64,000 bases of DNA, from the NCBI GenBank assembly GCA_964016885.1, contig OZ024744.1:68324001-68388000 (forward strand), written 5' to 3'. How positions within the stretch are numbered: the first letter of the stretch is position 1; each line of letters starts with the position of its first letter. A program made the translations under genes and the position numbers. The notes below the pieces were generated by a model. It searched no databases. It had not been told where the DNA came from and worked only from the letters and a program-made list of their open reading frames with translations. The DNA comes from Eledone cirrhosa. Taxonomy: Eukaryota. Shown in pieces: positions 1 to 12,079 of this stretch.

Positions 1-1489
1 AACAAACTTACAAATATCTAGGTGTTTGTGAAGGAGACGGAATCAAGCACTCGACAATGAGGGAAAGGATAAGGAAGGAATGTTACCGCAGAGTCAGAGC
101 AATCTTAAGAACGGAATTGAATGCAAGGAATAGGATCGATGCCATAAACACGCTTGCCATACCAGTAGTAACCTACAGTTACAATGTCATCAACTGGTCA
201 AGCACAGAGATCCGTAGGCTCGATACAAAAATCCGAAAATTCTTAACCATGCACAGAATGCATCACCCTAAGGCAGACATAGATAGAATATATCTCCCTA
301 GGAAAGAAGGAGGACGTGGGTTAATCCAGTTAGACATTGCGTTGAAAACTGCAACAATTGGATTATCCACATATCTAAGGGAATCACATGATTGGATGAT
401 CAAACTCGTTTTGAAACACGAAAGCACCAAAAGATCATATTCCATTACAAAAGATGCACAAAGATACAGTAATGGACTACAAATTTCAGAAGTCCCATTT
501 ACTGCTGAAATGGAAAACACAGAAAAAGCAAAGCAGGTAAAAGTAACTGCAAAGAAAGAACTGCTACAGAAACTGGCTAAGAAATGGCAAGAAAAGCCTC
601 TGTATGGAAAATACCCAGAGCGAGCTAACAATCCTGATGTTGACAAAACTTTAACCCATCAGTGGTTGGCATCCTCTGGACTGAAATCGGAGACTGAAGG
701 ACTGATTATCTCCGCACAAGATCAGTGTCTGCCAACAAAAAATTACCAAGCCAACATAATAAAAAATGGGTGCAGCCCATTATGCCGTGTATGCAAAAAA
801 CAACCAGAGACCATTGACCATATAATTTCAATGTGCAGTCCTATAGCTCCAACCGAATACCTAAACAGGCATGACAGAGCTGCACAATACATACATTGGA
901 TAATGTGTAAGCATTTTGACCTGCCCCATCAAAAGAATTGGTGGGAGCATCAACCACTTCCCATACTTGAAAAAGATCACATCTCAATCTTGTGGAACTT
1001 TAGCATCCAAACAGACCGAAAAATAGATGCAAATAGACCTGATATAATATTGAAGGACTTTCAAAGGAGGGTATGCCTGCTAATTGATATGTCTGTTCCA
1101 ATAGACAAGAATGTATCTATAAAAACATTTGAAAAATTGAGCAAGTATAAGGACCTGGAGATAGAAATTGGAAAAATGTGGAAATTGAGAACTAAAACAA
1201 TACCAGTGGTTGTAGGCGCTCTGGGAATGATACCTAAGGGGTCTAACGACTACTTATCGCAAATCCCAGGAAACCCGCGTATAGGAGAAATACAAAAGAT
1301 AGTACTAATGGGAACTGCCCATATACTAAGGAAGATCCTGTCAATATAAGTACATCACAAGTCTAAACACTAAGGATGCATGTGTGAATATGTGTGTTCT
1401 TTCTTGAACATGGCGGACCTTGTTGTCTCTTGAGGTCACTGGTTGTGACTTGGTGATAACTCGTATAAACATAAAGCAAGATAAATGCA
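1..1489 (+). mobile_element. R4/Dong-clade non-LTR retrotransposon, family A copy 1 (3' part; continues left of window)
   Basis: YKYLG at window start, RIYLPRKEGGRGL, CCHC knuckle CRVCKKQPETIDHIISMC, RLE motif RPD..D..K..KYKDL; 3' UTR 1350-1489 ends at a (TAA)n tract. Confidence 0.9.
57..1349 (+). CDS. C-terminal RT thumb / zinc knuckle / restriction-like endonuclease of R4/Dong ORF (partial)
   Basis: Open 430-aa frame with RLE-clade motifs; true start lies upstream of the window. Confidence 0.88.
   Translation: MRERIRKECYRRVRAILRTELNARNRIDAINTLAIPVVTYSYNVINWSSTEIRRLDTKIRKFLTMHRMHHPKADIDRIYLPRKEGGRGLIQLDIALKTATIGLSTYLRESHDWMIKLVLKHESTKRSYSITKDAQRYSNGLQISEVPFTAEMENTEKAKQVKVTAKKELLQKLAKKWQEKPLYGKYPERANNPDVDKTLTHQWLASSGLKSETEGLIISAQDQCLPTKNYQANIIKNGCSPLCRVCKKQPETIDHIISMCSPIAPTEYLNRHDRAAQYIHWIMCKHFDLPHQKNWWEHQPLPILEKDHISILWNFSIQTDRKIDANRPDIILKDFQRRVCLLIDMSVPIDKNVSIKTFEKLSKYKDLEIEIGKMWKLRTKTIPVVVGALGMIPKGSNDYLSQIPGNPRIGEIQKIVLMGTAHILRKILSI

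Positions 1490-1524
<35 letters not shown>
1490..1524 (+). repeat. (TAA)n tract 1
   Basis: Perfect AAT repeats directly after the family A 3' UTR. Confidence 0.97.
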
Positions 1525-2760
1525 GGGAAGAAGACGCACGAGGTGACGGAGGTCATGAAATCGCTCCCGTAAGTTTTGAATTTTTAACATATTTAAATCA
1601 TTTGTGAAATAACAACTCTTAGTACAAATGCTACGTAAAGCACCCGGCTTGAGCCCCCAAAAAATTCGGACCCAAAATATATTGTTATAAGGCTCAAATA
1701 TTCAAATATTCAACTTTGTATTGTACACTGTATATCCAAAAAAAAAATGGCTATAAATGGAAGAAGAAGAACCCCCCCCCCTCCTCTCCTCTGGCTACAC
1801 TATATAGGACAGCTAAACTCACCAACACCAGAAACTAGATACACCACCCACCCCATCATCTGTGTACACTAAACACAACAGCATTTTCACCTTCACCGCC
1901 ACCGCTCACTACGGCCATCATTACCACCACTATCCCATCACCGCCGCCACCACCCCTTGACTCCTTCACTGCTGCTGCCACCGCTACAGCATCATCACTA
2001 CAGTAATACGGCTCAAATATTCAAATATTCAACTTTGTATTGTACACTGTATATCCCCAAAAGAAAAAGAAAATGGCTATAAATGGAAGAAGAAGAACCC
2101 CCCCCCCTCCTCTCCTCTGGCTACACTATATAGGACAGCGAAACTCACCAACACCAGAAACTAGATAAACCACCCACCCCATCATCTGTGTACACTAAAC
2201 ACAACAGCATTTTCACCTTCACCGCCACCGCTCACTACGGCCATCATTACCACCACTATCCCATCACCGCCGCCACCACCCCTTGACTCCTTCACTGCTG
2301 CTGCCACCGCTACAGCACCATCACTACAGTAATACGGTCGCATCACCGCCACCACTGCCTCGGTATCGACATCACCACCACCACTGTCTCAGTATCGCCA
2401 ACGCCGCCGGTCTCTGCTGGCTACCACTTCCACATTATAGAATTCCTACTACTAACAAAGAGGAAGGCATCAAAATATATAGATAGACTCAAAAGAAAAA
2501 AGAAAAAACAAACAACAAAAGCAGCACAGCAACAACAGTAAAAAACGAGAAAAACAGAGAAAAACAAAAACAAAAAAAGAAACCCCAAAAACGTAAAGAA
2601 AATAAGAATGAAGAGAGAAGCAGGCGGACGGACAGAGAAGAGGGGGGAAAAAGTAAAACTTAAAAAACAAAAACTAAGTCAGACATTCGAATACTACATT
2701 ACAATGAAACTTATGCTTATTCATTTTTGGGGCCCTTTCTGCCCGTGTGTTTGTTTGTTT
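1525..2760 (+). mobile_element. Tx1-like 5' UTR and decayed low-complexity ORF1 start, fused upstream of Dong family B
   Basis: Collinear similarity to the reverse complement of 14150-14373 (TGACGGAGG, GTAA.TTTTGAA, TTTAACA, CAACT..TAG, ACCCAA.AT, A-run then ATGGCTA). Confidence 0.55.
1691..2336 (+). repeat. ~320-bp tandem duplication (1691-2009, 2010-2336)
   Basis: Both units start GGCTCAAATATTCAAATATTCAAC and end CACTACAGTAATAC, near identical. Confidence 0.93.
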
Positions 2761-5700
2761 ATGTGTGTCCGTATACAGCGTGGTGATAATGCCACACAAG
2801 GGCCAAGTGGGATGGCGGATCCACAGATGACTATGTAAACATACATTCGCCAATCCTCGATAAGAGTGTTTAAATATCGAACATAAACAGTTCGAATAAC
2901 GGTGAAATGGAGACTAGAACGTCATGTGACAGACTCTCACCCAACAGGTGCCCCCTGGCTCAGCAGCAGGAACCTGACTGTCAACGAAATACTGCTGATG
3001 TTGGAGGAAGAAGAAGAAGGAAAGGGGCCAGAACCAACTGGACGAAAGAATTGAATAGAACTGTTATGCAATGCTACCTGAAAAGTAACCCCAAGGAGAG
3101 GGGCTACAGGAGACGGATGCATAACATCTGGAACGAGATTGGTTTATTTAAATTAGATGAACAAAAATTGGCCGGGCAGGCTCGGGTAATAAGAACTAAT
3201 GGGTGGATAAGCGAGCTGGAACTGGAGGAACTGAGCAGAGAGAATGGCTTGGAGATGGCGGGTGTAGTATGCCAGACAAGCGAGCCGGCGGGAAATGAAG
3301 GTGAGGAGGTCCTGAGAACGGAGGAACCACCCGAAGCAGACAATGATCTGAATACTGAGATAAATAATACCTGGAACAGAGATACGGCCACTGAGGAGAT
3401 GGATGCTGACGGGCTAGGACAAGATTCGGTTGACATCCTAAATTTAGTGGTAGATGAGTTGAACAATGATAGTGGGAGACCTATGAACCTAAGATTTGTA
3501 GACAGGAAAAAGTTAAAAGAAACAACAGCTAAGGTAAACAAAGTCATCCCATACCTTGAGGCGAGGAGTCTTCACCAGTGCAACAATATCCTCAAAGCAA
3601 CAGCAAATACGGTGAGGAAACTACTTGGTATAAAAGCGAGAGGAAACAACAGACAAGAAAGAGCAGAGCCGTGGTGGAAGAAGCGACTGAGTGGGCAAAT
3701 CGGGGAAATGAGAAATGACATAGGAAAGCTTGAGTCACTACTGAATGGGACACTAAAAAACATAGGCACTAAAAATAGACTGGAAATAAAATACAAAACT
3801 AGGAGTAAAAAGCTAAATATTATCATAGAGGAATTGAAGCAACGCATTGTAGCAAAGAGTGCCAAAATCAGGCGATACGAGAACAGAGTCAGTCAGTATA
3901 AACAGAACCGCATGTTCGACAACAACCAGAAGATGCTGTTTGGACAGCTTGAGGGGAAAGAAAGAGGCAACGACTTGATCCCTGGGGCGGAACAAGCTAA
4001 AACATTCTGGAGAGGAATATGGGAGCAGGATGTTAGACACAATGCCCAGGCAGGGTGGATTGAGACAGTACAGAGGGAGATCGCTGAGCAGGCACAGCAA
4101 CAGACTGATTTGAGTATCACAGTTGAAACTCTTAAGGGGCAAGCCAAAAAACTAACCAACTGGAAATCACCAGGCCCAGATGGTGTGCAGGGGTATTGGA
4201 TTAAACATTTAACATCCCTCCACCCGAAGCTGACGGCCATGTTCAATGACTGCTTGGTGTCGGGTGAGGTGCCAGAGTGGTTGACAAAAGGTACCACAGT
4301 TCTGATAATGAAAGACCGAATCAAGGGTAATGATGTTACCAACTATAGACCTATCACATGTCTGCCCGTAATGTGGAAACTGTTGACGAGCATTGTGTCT
4401 GAGGAAATCTACCATCACCTCCACACAAACAACTTGTTGCCGGACGAACAGAAAGGATGCCGAAAGAAGTCACGTGGTACAAAGGACCAGTTGCTTATTG
4501 ATAAGATGGTAATGGGGAATTGCAGGAGGAGACACACTGATCTTGCCATGGGATGGATAGACTACAGAAAGGCATTTGACATGGTGCCTCATTCCTGGAT
4601 CACCAAAAGCCTGGAGATCTTCAGGGTGGCAGATAACATCAGACAGTTGCTGGGCAGGAGTATGGGGTCCTGGGAGACAGAGTTGACATCAACTGGAGTA
4701 TCCTTGGGAAGCGTGAAGATCAAGAGAGGTATCTTCCAGGGAGATAGCCTGTCCCCTCTGTTGTTTGTCCTTGCCCTGATGCCCTTGACCATTATGCTGC
4801 GAAAAGTGAGAGCAGGATACAAGTTGGGAAGGGGAGAGCTTACCATCAATCACCTCCTCTTCATGGACGATCTTAAGCTCTTCGGGAAAAGTGAGAAGGA
4901 GTTGGATGTGCTTGTTGACACTGTCCGTATTTTCAGCAGTGATATATGTATGCAGTTTGGTATTGGTAAATGTGGAGTCATTGTGATGAGGAGGGGTAGG
5001 TTGAGCAGAAGTAACGGGATCCAGATACCAACAGGTGAGATGATAAAGGAAATTGACTCTGAGGAAGGATACAAGTATTTGGGCGTTCTGGAGGCTGATG
5101 GCATAAAGAACCAAAAAATGAAGGAATTGTTAAGAACTGAATACATTCGGAGAGTAAGGAGCGTATTGAAGTCACATCTGAACAGCAGAAATGCCATAAG
5201 CGCAGTAAATTCCCGAGCTGTGTCTATTATTAGGTACAGTGCGGGAATTCTGAGATGGAATGTTGCTGAACAAAAAGAAATGGATAGGAAGACTAGGAAG
5301 CTATTGACTATCTACAACATGTTCCACAAGAGGAGTGATGTCGATAGACTCTACCTAAGGAGATCTGAGGGTGGAAGAGGTCTTATCAGCATAGAGGACT
5401 GTGTTCAGATGGAGAAAAACAACCTATACAAATACGTGACCTATAGTAAGGAGCCAATGCTCAGAGCTGTACTGAAGGAGGGAACAGTAGGCCAGGGGAT
5501 ATCCAAGGAGGAAATAACATCAAGGAGGAAGAGCAGCCTTAAGGGAAAATCCCTTCATAGTACCTTCTTTGAGAAAACTGAATTTAGAGATCCACAGACA
5601 TGGAACTGGTTGAGAAGAGGAGACCTCAAAAAGGCTACAGAAGGAATGCTAATGGCTGCGCAGGAGCAGGCCCTCAAAACGAAGTGGTTGAAGCACCATA

Positions 5701-6373
5701 TCTACAAGGAGGAGGCTAGCCCACTGTGCAGGATCTGTGGAGAGAGAGAGGAGACTGTGGCTCACATTGTGTCCGAGTGTAAACACCTAGCCCAGACCCA
5801 CTATAAGGGCTGGAGACACGATGTGATGGGCAGGGTGATCCACTGGCACCTGTGCAAAGTAAACAATCTACCACATTCTGAGAAATGGTATGAGCATAGG
5901 CCAGAGGCGGTGATAGAGAACAGTCAGGTGAAGGTGCTGTGGGATTTTAGGATACAGACGGACAAAAAACTGGAACACAATAGACCTGACCTGGTGGTTG
6001 TGGACAAAGAAAAAAGATCGTGCCTGATTGTGGATGTGGCCTGCCCGTTCGACACGAGAGTGCAAGAGAAGGAGAGGGAGAAAATTAACCGATACCAGGA
6101 CCTAAAGTGGGAGGTGAAAAGGATTTGGAACTGCCATGAAGTCAAAGTGATCCCGATTGTCATAGGCGCACTGGGGACTATCTCCAAAGGTTTCCAGGGA
6201 TGGTTAAAGAAAATCGGCCCCTTCACGCTTTTTGGAACGCTTCAAAAGGCATGCTTGCTTGGAACGGCAAGAACCCTCCGATACGTCCTGAATATCTGAG
6301 GCTGCAGGTAGTGGCTTGATATTCAATCCAACGGACTTTCCAGTTAACCAACATCAATGACTGAGATTCAAGG
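2761..6373 (+). mobile_element. R4/Dong-clade element family B (5' boundary uncertain)
   Basis: Intact ORF plus short 3' UTR (6300-6373) ending in (TAA)n. Confidence 0.85.
2907..6299 (+). CDS. Intact single ORF of R4/Dong-clade retrotransposon family B (Myb-like N-terminus, RT, CCHC, RLE)
   Basis: WTKELNRTVMQCY...GYRRRMHNIW N-terminal domain, PWWKKRL, YRPITCL, QKGC, IDYRKAFDMVPH, GIFQGDSLSP, FMDD, YKYLG, CRICGEREETVAHIVSEC, RPDLVVVD...EKINRYQDL; no stops or frameshifts. Confidence 0.95.
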   Translation: METRTSCDRLSPNRCPLAQQQEPDCQRNTADVGGRRRRKGARTNWTKELNRTVMQCYLKSNPKERGYRRRMHNIWNEIGLFKLDEQKLAGQARVIRTNGWISELELEELSRENGLEMAGVVCQTSEPAGNEGEEVLRTEEPPEADNDLNTEINNTWNRDTATEEMDADGLGQDSVDILNLVVDELNNDSGRPMNLRFVDRKKLKETTAKVNKVIPYLEARSLHQCNNILKATANTVRKLLGIKARGNNRQERAEPWWKKRLSGQIGEMRNDIGKLESLLNGTLKNIGTKNRLEIKYKTRSKKLNIIIEELKQRIVAKSAKIRRYENRVSQYKQNRMFDNNQKMLFGQLEGKERGNDLIPGAEQAKTFWRGIWEQDVRHNAQAGWIETVQREIAEQAQQQTDLSITVETLKGQAKKLTNWKSPGPDGVQGYWIKHLTSLHPKLTAMFNDCLVSGEVPEWLTKGTTVLIMKDRIKGNDVTNYRPITCLPVMWKLLTSIVSEEIYHHLHTNNLLPDEQKGCRKKSRGTKDQLLIDKMVMGNCRRRHTDLAMGWIDYRKAFDMVPHSWITKSLEIFRVADNIRQLLGRSMGSWETELTSTGVSLGSVKIKRGIFQGDSLSPLLFVLALMPLTIMLRKVRAGYKLGRGELTINHLLFMDDLKLFGKSEKELDVLVDTVRIFSSDICMQFGIGKCGVIVMRRGRLSRSNGIQIPTGEMIKEIDSEEGYKYLGVLEADGIKNQKMKELLRTEYIRRVRSVLKSHLNSRNAISAVNSRAVSIIRYSAGILRWNVAEQKEMDRKTRKLLTIYNMFHKRSDVDRLYLRRSEGGRGLISIEDCVQMEKNNLYKYVTYSKEPMLRAVLKEGTVGQGISKEEITSRRKSSLKGKSLHSTFFEKTEFRDPQTWNWLRRGDLKKATEGMLMAAQEQALKTKWLKHHIYKEEASPLCRICGEREETVAHIVSECKHLAQTHYKGWRHDVMGRVIHWHLCKVNNLPHSEKWYEHRPEAVIENSQVKVLWDFRIQTDKKLEHNRPDLVVVDKEKRSCLIVDVACPFDTRVQEKEREKINRYQDLKWEVKRIWNCHEVKVIPIVIGALGTISKGFQGWLKKIGPFTLFGTLQKACLLGTARTLRYVLNI

Positions 6374-6385
6374 AATAACAATAAC

Positions 6386-6445
<60 letters not shown>
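6374..6445 (+). repeat. (TAA)n tract 2, shared by Dong-B 3' end and Tx1 copy 1 3' end
   Basis: AATAAC x2 then AAT repeats between convergent elements. Confidence 0.97.
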
Positions 6446-6446
<1 letters not shown>

Positions 6447-6691
6447 TTTTCTTTATTAACCACAAGGGTTTACATAAAGTAGACATTAAGGACAGTACAA
6501 GACAATACAGGGCCGTACAAATGGGCATTTCTGCGTGTAAAGAAAAAACAGAGGATGAAATAAAATAACAAAGAAAAATTCCCCAATAGGGGGGAGACTT
6601 CCGAAGGACATTTGTGGAGAAAGCCCATTAAAAGACCACAGTGGCCCTGACCACCAGGGCAAGTGCCCTCTCCCAGTTTTCCACCTTTAAT

Positions 6692-9600
6692 TTACAGGCA
6701 CATACTCAGAGAAGGCCCATTCATTCGGGCCATACTTGCTTCTTTAACCCATCTTTCAACAAAATGCTGGGAAGAGAGCACTTCCCTCTCTACCCTGATT
6801 TTCCTTTTCAGATGAAATTTGAAAAAGTTAATCAGGGCATCACCGAAGAGGTAAGTGCTCGTCTTCAGCCCTTTCAAACGTGTCCACCATACTATCTCTT
6901 TCGCCATGGCCACCAGACAGATAAAAACTGCCTGCCCTTCCCGGCTAAAGGAAGAGGGCGGGGCAATCCTCACGATGGACTCAGCTGATAGCTGGATCCG
7001 TCCTACACGTGACAGCAGGTGTTCGACATAAACCCACAAGTCAGCAATGCTCGGACACTGGACGAGTGCGTGCAGGACGGTTTCGTCGCCCTGTGCGCTT
7101 CTCGGACATGCCCGGCTGACGGCACCTCCATGCCTGTAAATTTTATCCCGAACTGGCAAAGCACCCCGGTAGCACTGCCAGGCCAGGGATTTCTGGAAGT
7201 TGTCCATAGGCCCCGGCCCGAAAGTCCTTCCGAAGAGATTGGCTAGTTGATTTTCGTCGACGCCGAGAGTTTCTCCAAGTACGTCGTCGCTCTTCCCCTC
7301 CACTAATCCCCTATAGAACGCCAAGGTGGAGTTTCCACCTATCACATTGCCCGATTGGTCGAGGGCTGTGAGCGCCTGAAGACATTCCAGTCTCCAAGCG
7401 CTCCCTCTCGGTCTTCGCTTGACCCAGGACTGCAGCTCCGTCAAGGAGACGAGCTGGGGAAAAACGCGTCTAGCAAACGGCGACCACACCTGATCACCGT
7501 CGAGGAAGAGGTGGAGATGTCGTAGCCTGAGCGCGTGTCTGCGCATCATCAGCCACGGCATGCCCAGCCCTCCACGTAGCGGGTGTTGACAGCAGATGGA
7601 CCGCCTGACCATCGGAGCGCGTCCCTTCCACAAGAAGCGAAAGAGCAAACGCTCCAGCGCAGTCAGGCGGGGCTTAGGACAAGGTACGACGGTCAGGCGG
7701 TAGTAGATGACGGATGCGATGTACGCATTCGCCACCTCCGCTCGACCTTTCAGGGATAGCTTCCTCTCGGCCCATTTCTGGGTGAGAGAAGCCACCCTGC
7801 TCGTCACCTCGTCCCAGTTTTTGTCCGTCTGGAGGTCTGGACCGAACCAGACCCCTAGCAATTTAACCGGTCCGTCCATCCAGCACCCGACGACGCTGTT
7901 GGACAGCATGGACCTGCCTCTCCAGGTGCCGAGCTGCAGGCCCACTGACTTTTCCTGGTTGATCATTGCTCCTGTCACCGCTTCGTATTCTCTTAGTGTA
8001 GTGCTGATCGCCTCGATGTGTTTGGCGTTCGACACCACTACGGTGACATCGTCGGCATATGCTGACACGGATCTTCCGCATCCTAGTTCGCGCGGGACCC
8101 CCTCAACGTCTCCAGTTTGTGCAGTAATGGCTCGAGAGTCAATACGTACAATAGGGACGAGAGGGGACATCCTTGGCGGACCGAGCGCATGATGTTGAAC
8201 GGTTCCGAAAGGTGACCGTTCACTCTCACTACAGAGCAGATGTCGCTGTGCATGGCAGCGATCCAGCCTCTGAAGACGGGTCCAAAGCCAGCCGCCCTCA
8301 GGACTGCCGCTAGGTAACGATGGTCGACCCTATCGAAGGCTTTCGACTGATCTAAATTGATCAAAGACCCACCCGTGCCAGGTTCCTTAGCTACCCTCTC
8401 TACGATGTATCGCATGAGGTGGAGGTTGTCGTGGATGGATCTGTCGGGAATGGCGCATGTCTGTGCCTCTCCCACCAGACCACCAACGACAAACGCCAAC
8501 CTCTTTGCTAGCACCTTGGCCAAAATCTTGAACTCTGTGTTTAGCAGAGTTATGGGCCTGAAATTATCTATGTTATCCCCCTTGTTCGGATCCTTTCTCA
8601 GCAGCGCCACCGCTCCTCGGCTCACAGAGCTGGGAATTCTCCCGTTCTGTTGCCAGTTGCAGTAGACGTCCGCCAAGAGGCCTCCGAACAAGTTTGGAAT
8701 TTGTACGTAAAGTTCATAAGGCAGACCATCCAAACCAGGCGATTTACCCCTTGTGCAACTAGTCATTGCATCCCGTACTTCAGCGGTTGTCATCGGCTTT
8801 TCGCAACACTCCGCCTCAGTGGCCGAAAGCCGCGGCAGTCCGTCGAGGCAGACACTAAAGTCCATACCTCGATCCGGCCCGCCACTGCCCCCGAACAGTT
8901 GAGCGAAGTGTCGCTGAAAAGTTTCACACATTTGCCCAGGATCGAGTAGCATGCGCCCGTCGTGGTCCACCAAAGACCGGATCGTGGCTTTGTTGCCACG
9001 ACGCGCCTCCGCCACTCGGGCCCATTGAACGGCTTTCGTCCTCTCGTGTCTGAGAGCACGCACCCTAGCTCTGACAACGCAGCCTTCGTGCTTTGCATTG
9101 AAGAATTGGTCAAGGGCCAATTTCGCCGCAAGTACGTCGGTCGCGATGCCTTTGCTAAGCGCCTCATCTAATTTTCTAACTAATTCTCCCTCTGCTCTAT
9201 TTTTCTCTATTGCTAAAGTCTTACTAAACCTAATGGACTCTATTCTAATTGCTCTTTTTAGAGCAAACCACCACTTGTTGTTGACGATGGCCCCCGTCAA
9301 CGCCCGCTTAACTAGTTCGCTAATCCGGTCTCTGTAGGCCTTGCGCGCTGGTAAGGACGCGTTTAGCTTCCAGTAGCCGGGTCCTCGTCTATGAAGCCTA
9401 TCTAAGTCAAGCACACAGATCACGAATTTGTGGTCCGTGTAGCTGACTATCTTGAATTGTGGACAGCCTATGCTAGACCTATCTATTTCCCTACAAAATA
9501 CTCTATCTAGATATGATCTGGATGACCCTATGCGATTTGTCCAAGTCCACATTGGTACAATCGGGAAATCCATTCGGTACCTGTCAGACAGTTCAAAACG

Positions 9601-10110
9601 TCTGAGCAGGTTGGTGAGACTCTTGCACCCGCCTTCCCTATCCACTAATCCCACACAATCCCAGCGTGCATCTAAGATCCCGTTCCAGTCGCCCACTAAC
9701 ACTAAAGAGCGGGACGTTCCAAGAAAGGTCTCCAGACGCCGGAAGAAATCAGGCCGCCCTGCTCCTGTCGGGGCATAGACGGCCACTAACCTGAAAGCTT
9801 GCCCGTCTCCGCTGGTCACGTCCAGCACCACCAACTTACCTTCTTGGTCCAGGAAGATGGCCCGTATGGCAAGATCCAAACCTCTCCGAAAAAGCACAGC
9901 AACTCCTCCCCCCGATCCCGGACGGCTGGGAGATGCGTACACATCGTAGCCGCCGAAGATCGGTGCGAAAGCCTGTGCTTCGGAGATTCTGGTCTCGCTG
10001 ATGGCCACTACATCTATGTTTAGTGACATGGGGTCGTTGAGCAGGTGGCCCTGCTTCCATGACGACCCCAAGCCACGCGCATTTATGCTGCCTATACTGA
10101 GTGAGGTCAT
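6692..10110 (-). pseudogene. Tx1 ORF2 (APE endonuclease + RT), one frameshift near 8083-8130
   Basis: SINARGL, SET, VYAP, GDWN, YLDRVF, TDH (APE); GYWKLN, SPGLDG, FRPITLLN, LDQSKAFDRV, QGCPLS, AYADD (RT); C-terminal DETVLHALVQCP. Confidence 0.92.
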
Positions 10111-10149
10111 GTTGAAAAGGAGTGGAAAAGATGGGAAAGACCACTTACC

Positions 10150-12079
10150 TTACTTCTCGTAGGGGAAGGACGTTTTTCCATCCTTTTCACTGCTTGTGGC
10201 CTCCTCAGGAAGGATGTCCTTATAAATCCTCCTGGAGAGTGCTTGTCGGAAGTCTCCGATGTCTTTGGGGAATTTTTGTTTTAGTGTCATGTACGTTTTC
10301 TGTGTGATGCGAGTGATTTGTATGTGTGGAGGTGGTGTGAATTTTGGGGTTGTTGTGTAGTCTTTTTCTGTGATGCTGTTGTTGTGTTGGATGTAGTGTA
10401 ATAATTGCTTGTTGTTCAAATTTAATGCTGTGTAGTGTGTATCGTTTTGGTTGTTTTGTTTTGTTTGCGTTTGTTGTGGGTTTGTTTCTGTTTCGCATTT
10501 TGGTGACTTTTGTGGCGTAGGTGATGGTGGTGTTGGGGTTAATGATGGTGATGGTGTTGCTGTTTGGGTTGATGGGGTTGGTGATGCTGGTGCGGATGGT
10601 GGTATATCTGTCCTAACTTTTTTGTTTCTTAATTTATTTGTTTCCCTCTGTATTTTGTTTTTGGAGGGGGAAGGAAGAGAATTTTTTCTTTTTTGGTTTC
10701 TTTTTTTTTTCCGGATATCGTTTCCCACTCCTCGTCGTCACGATCTGTCTCCAGTTGTGATAGGCCGGGGAGTGGAAAATCCTCCACAGCCGTTAGTTTT
10801 GGTTGTGGTGTGGTGGATGATGTAGGCGCTGGTGCTAGTTCTGAAGCGTTGGGTGGTGGTGGTGTTGGTTTTGCTACTGTTGCTGTTATAGTTGCTTCTG
10901 TTGTTGCTGCTACAGTTGTTGCTGCCATCTCTGCTACTGGTGGTGTTGATGGTTGTGTCACTGGGGTGGGTAGGAGAGGTGGCCTCAACCTTTTAGCCTG
11001 AGGGCAGAAAGCCCTTAGGTGGGTTCCTTCACCACAAACGACACACCTAGGTCTTCTGCCCTCGACAATTACCGTGAGGTGGCTGCCGTCAGTGAGGTCT
11101 ATTACCTCTGGGATCTCCTCAATGCTTTTTTGGTCCGCTTGGATCAGGAGCTCCATCCCAGATCCGGACCAGTTTTCCTGCTTTTCTTTTGCTATTGCTA
11201 TTATTTTCGTGTTGGCTTCGATGCCGGCGAGGACAGCCGCTATTAGCCAGGGAATTTCGATGGCCGGTGGAACGTGGGTCACCCTGATCTTTACGAGTCT
11301 CTGGCCACAATAGCTTGGGACGAGTGTGAAGTCGTCACTTTTTAATGGGGCCATGGAGTGTTCTCGGTTCCATACACGTCCACGGTTCCATACTTTTGCC
11401 CACGTCTGATGTGGGCTTTTCTTGCCCACACATGTCCCAAAGCTTTTTGGATTTGGGACTCGGATGCCCGTTCCACTCGGCGCAATTTTACATTTATTGT
11501 TCTATACGACACGGTGCATAGGCGCCGATGCTCCATTTTATTAGGTGGGGGTGGGTGAGGCTGACACTGTACCCATCTTTCTTTACCATTTGTTTGGCAT
11601 TTTCTAAATCTTCCTGAGTTACTGTAAATGCTTCGAATTGTTTTGCTACTCTGGCGAAACTGAGGGGGGGGGGGGGTTATAATGTCATTGTTGTTGTTGT
11701 TGCTATCGTTAATATTAATTTTAGTTTCAGTTGTGGTGGTGGTGACGTCAGTCGTCTTTGTGAGGAAGAGTCCATTTTGCTTGATTTCATTTCGACATCA
11801 CGAGTTAATTTATTTTTTTCTTCTTTTGTTTCTGTTGTCGCGGTGGTGGTGGTGGTGGTGGTTGTCGCGGTGGTGGTGGTGGTGGAGGCTTTAACACCTG
11901 CAGTCATTGGTAATGGCGGGAAATGAATGTCTGCCTGAGACAAATTAAAAATATTGCTACTGCTTATATTTTTTTTTTGTGTTGGCAAACGTAGTAACAT
12001 TTACAATGGTGGTGTCGGTGTGAGGTGTTATTTTGTGAGGAAGGCTTTCAGCTGCTTCGTGCAGAGGTGAATTAGCCAT
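10150..12079 (-). pseudogene. Tx1 ORF1 (low-complexity N-terminus, RRM-like core, CCHC knuckle), frameshifted
   Basis: CVVCGEGTHLRAFC knuckle; core homologous to ORF1 of copy 2; split over several frames; ATG at 12079 after an A-run. Confidence 0.75.

Noticed and set aside
2846-2906. Possible HDV-like ribozyme just before the Dong-B ATG (TTCGCC/GGTGAA, TCCTCG, TCGAAC/GTTCGA)
   Set aside because: P3, P1 and the P1.1 GG cannot be formed convincingly, and the catalytic C position does not fit.
10141-10152. ACTTACCT as a U1 snRNA fragment or target
   Set aside because: The match does not extend into U1 (GGCAGGGG); it is better read as a splice donor on the other strand.
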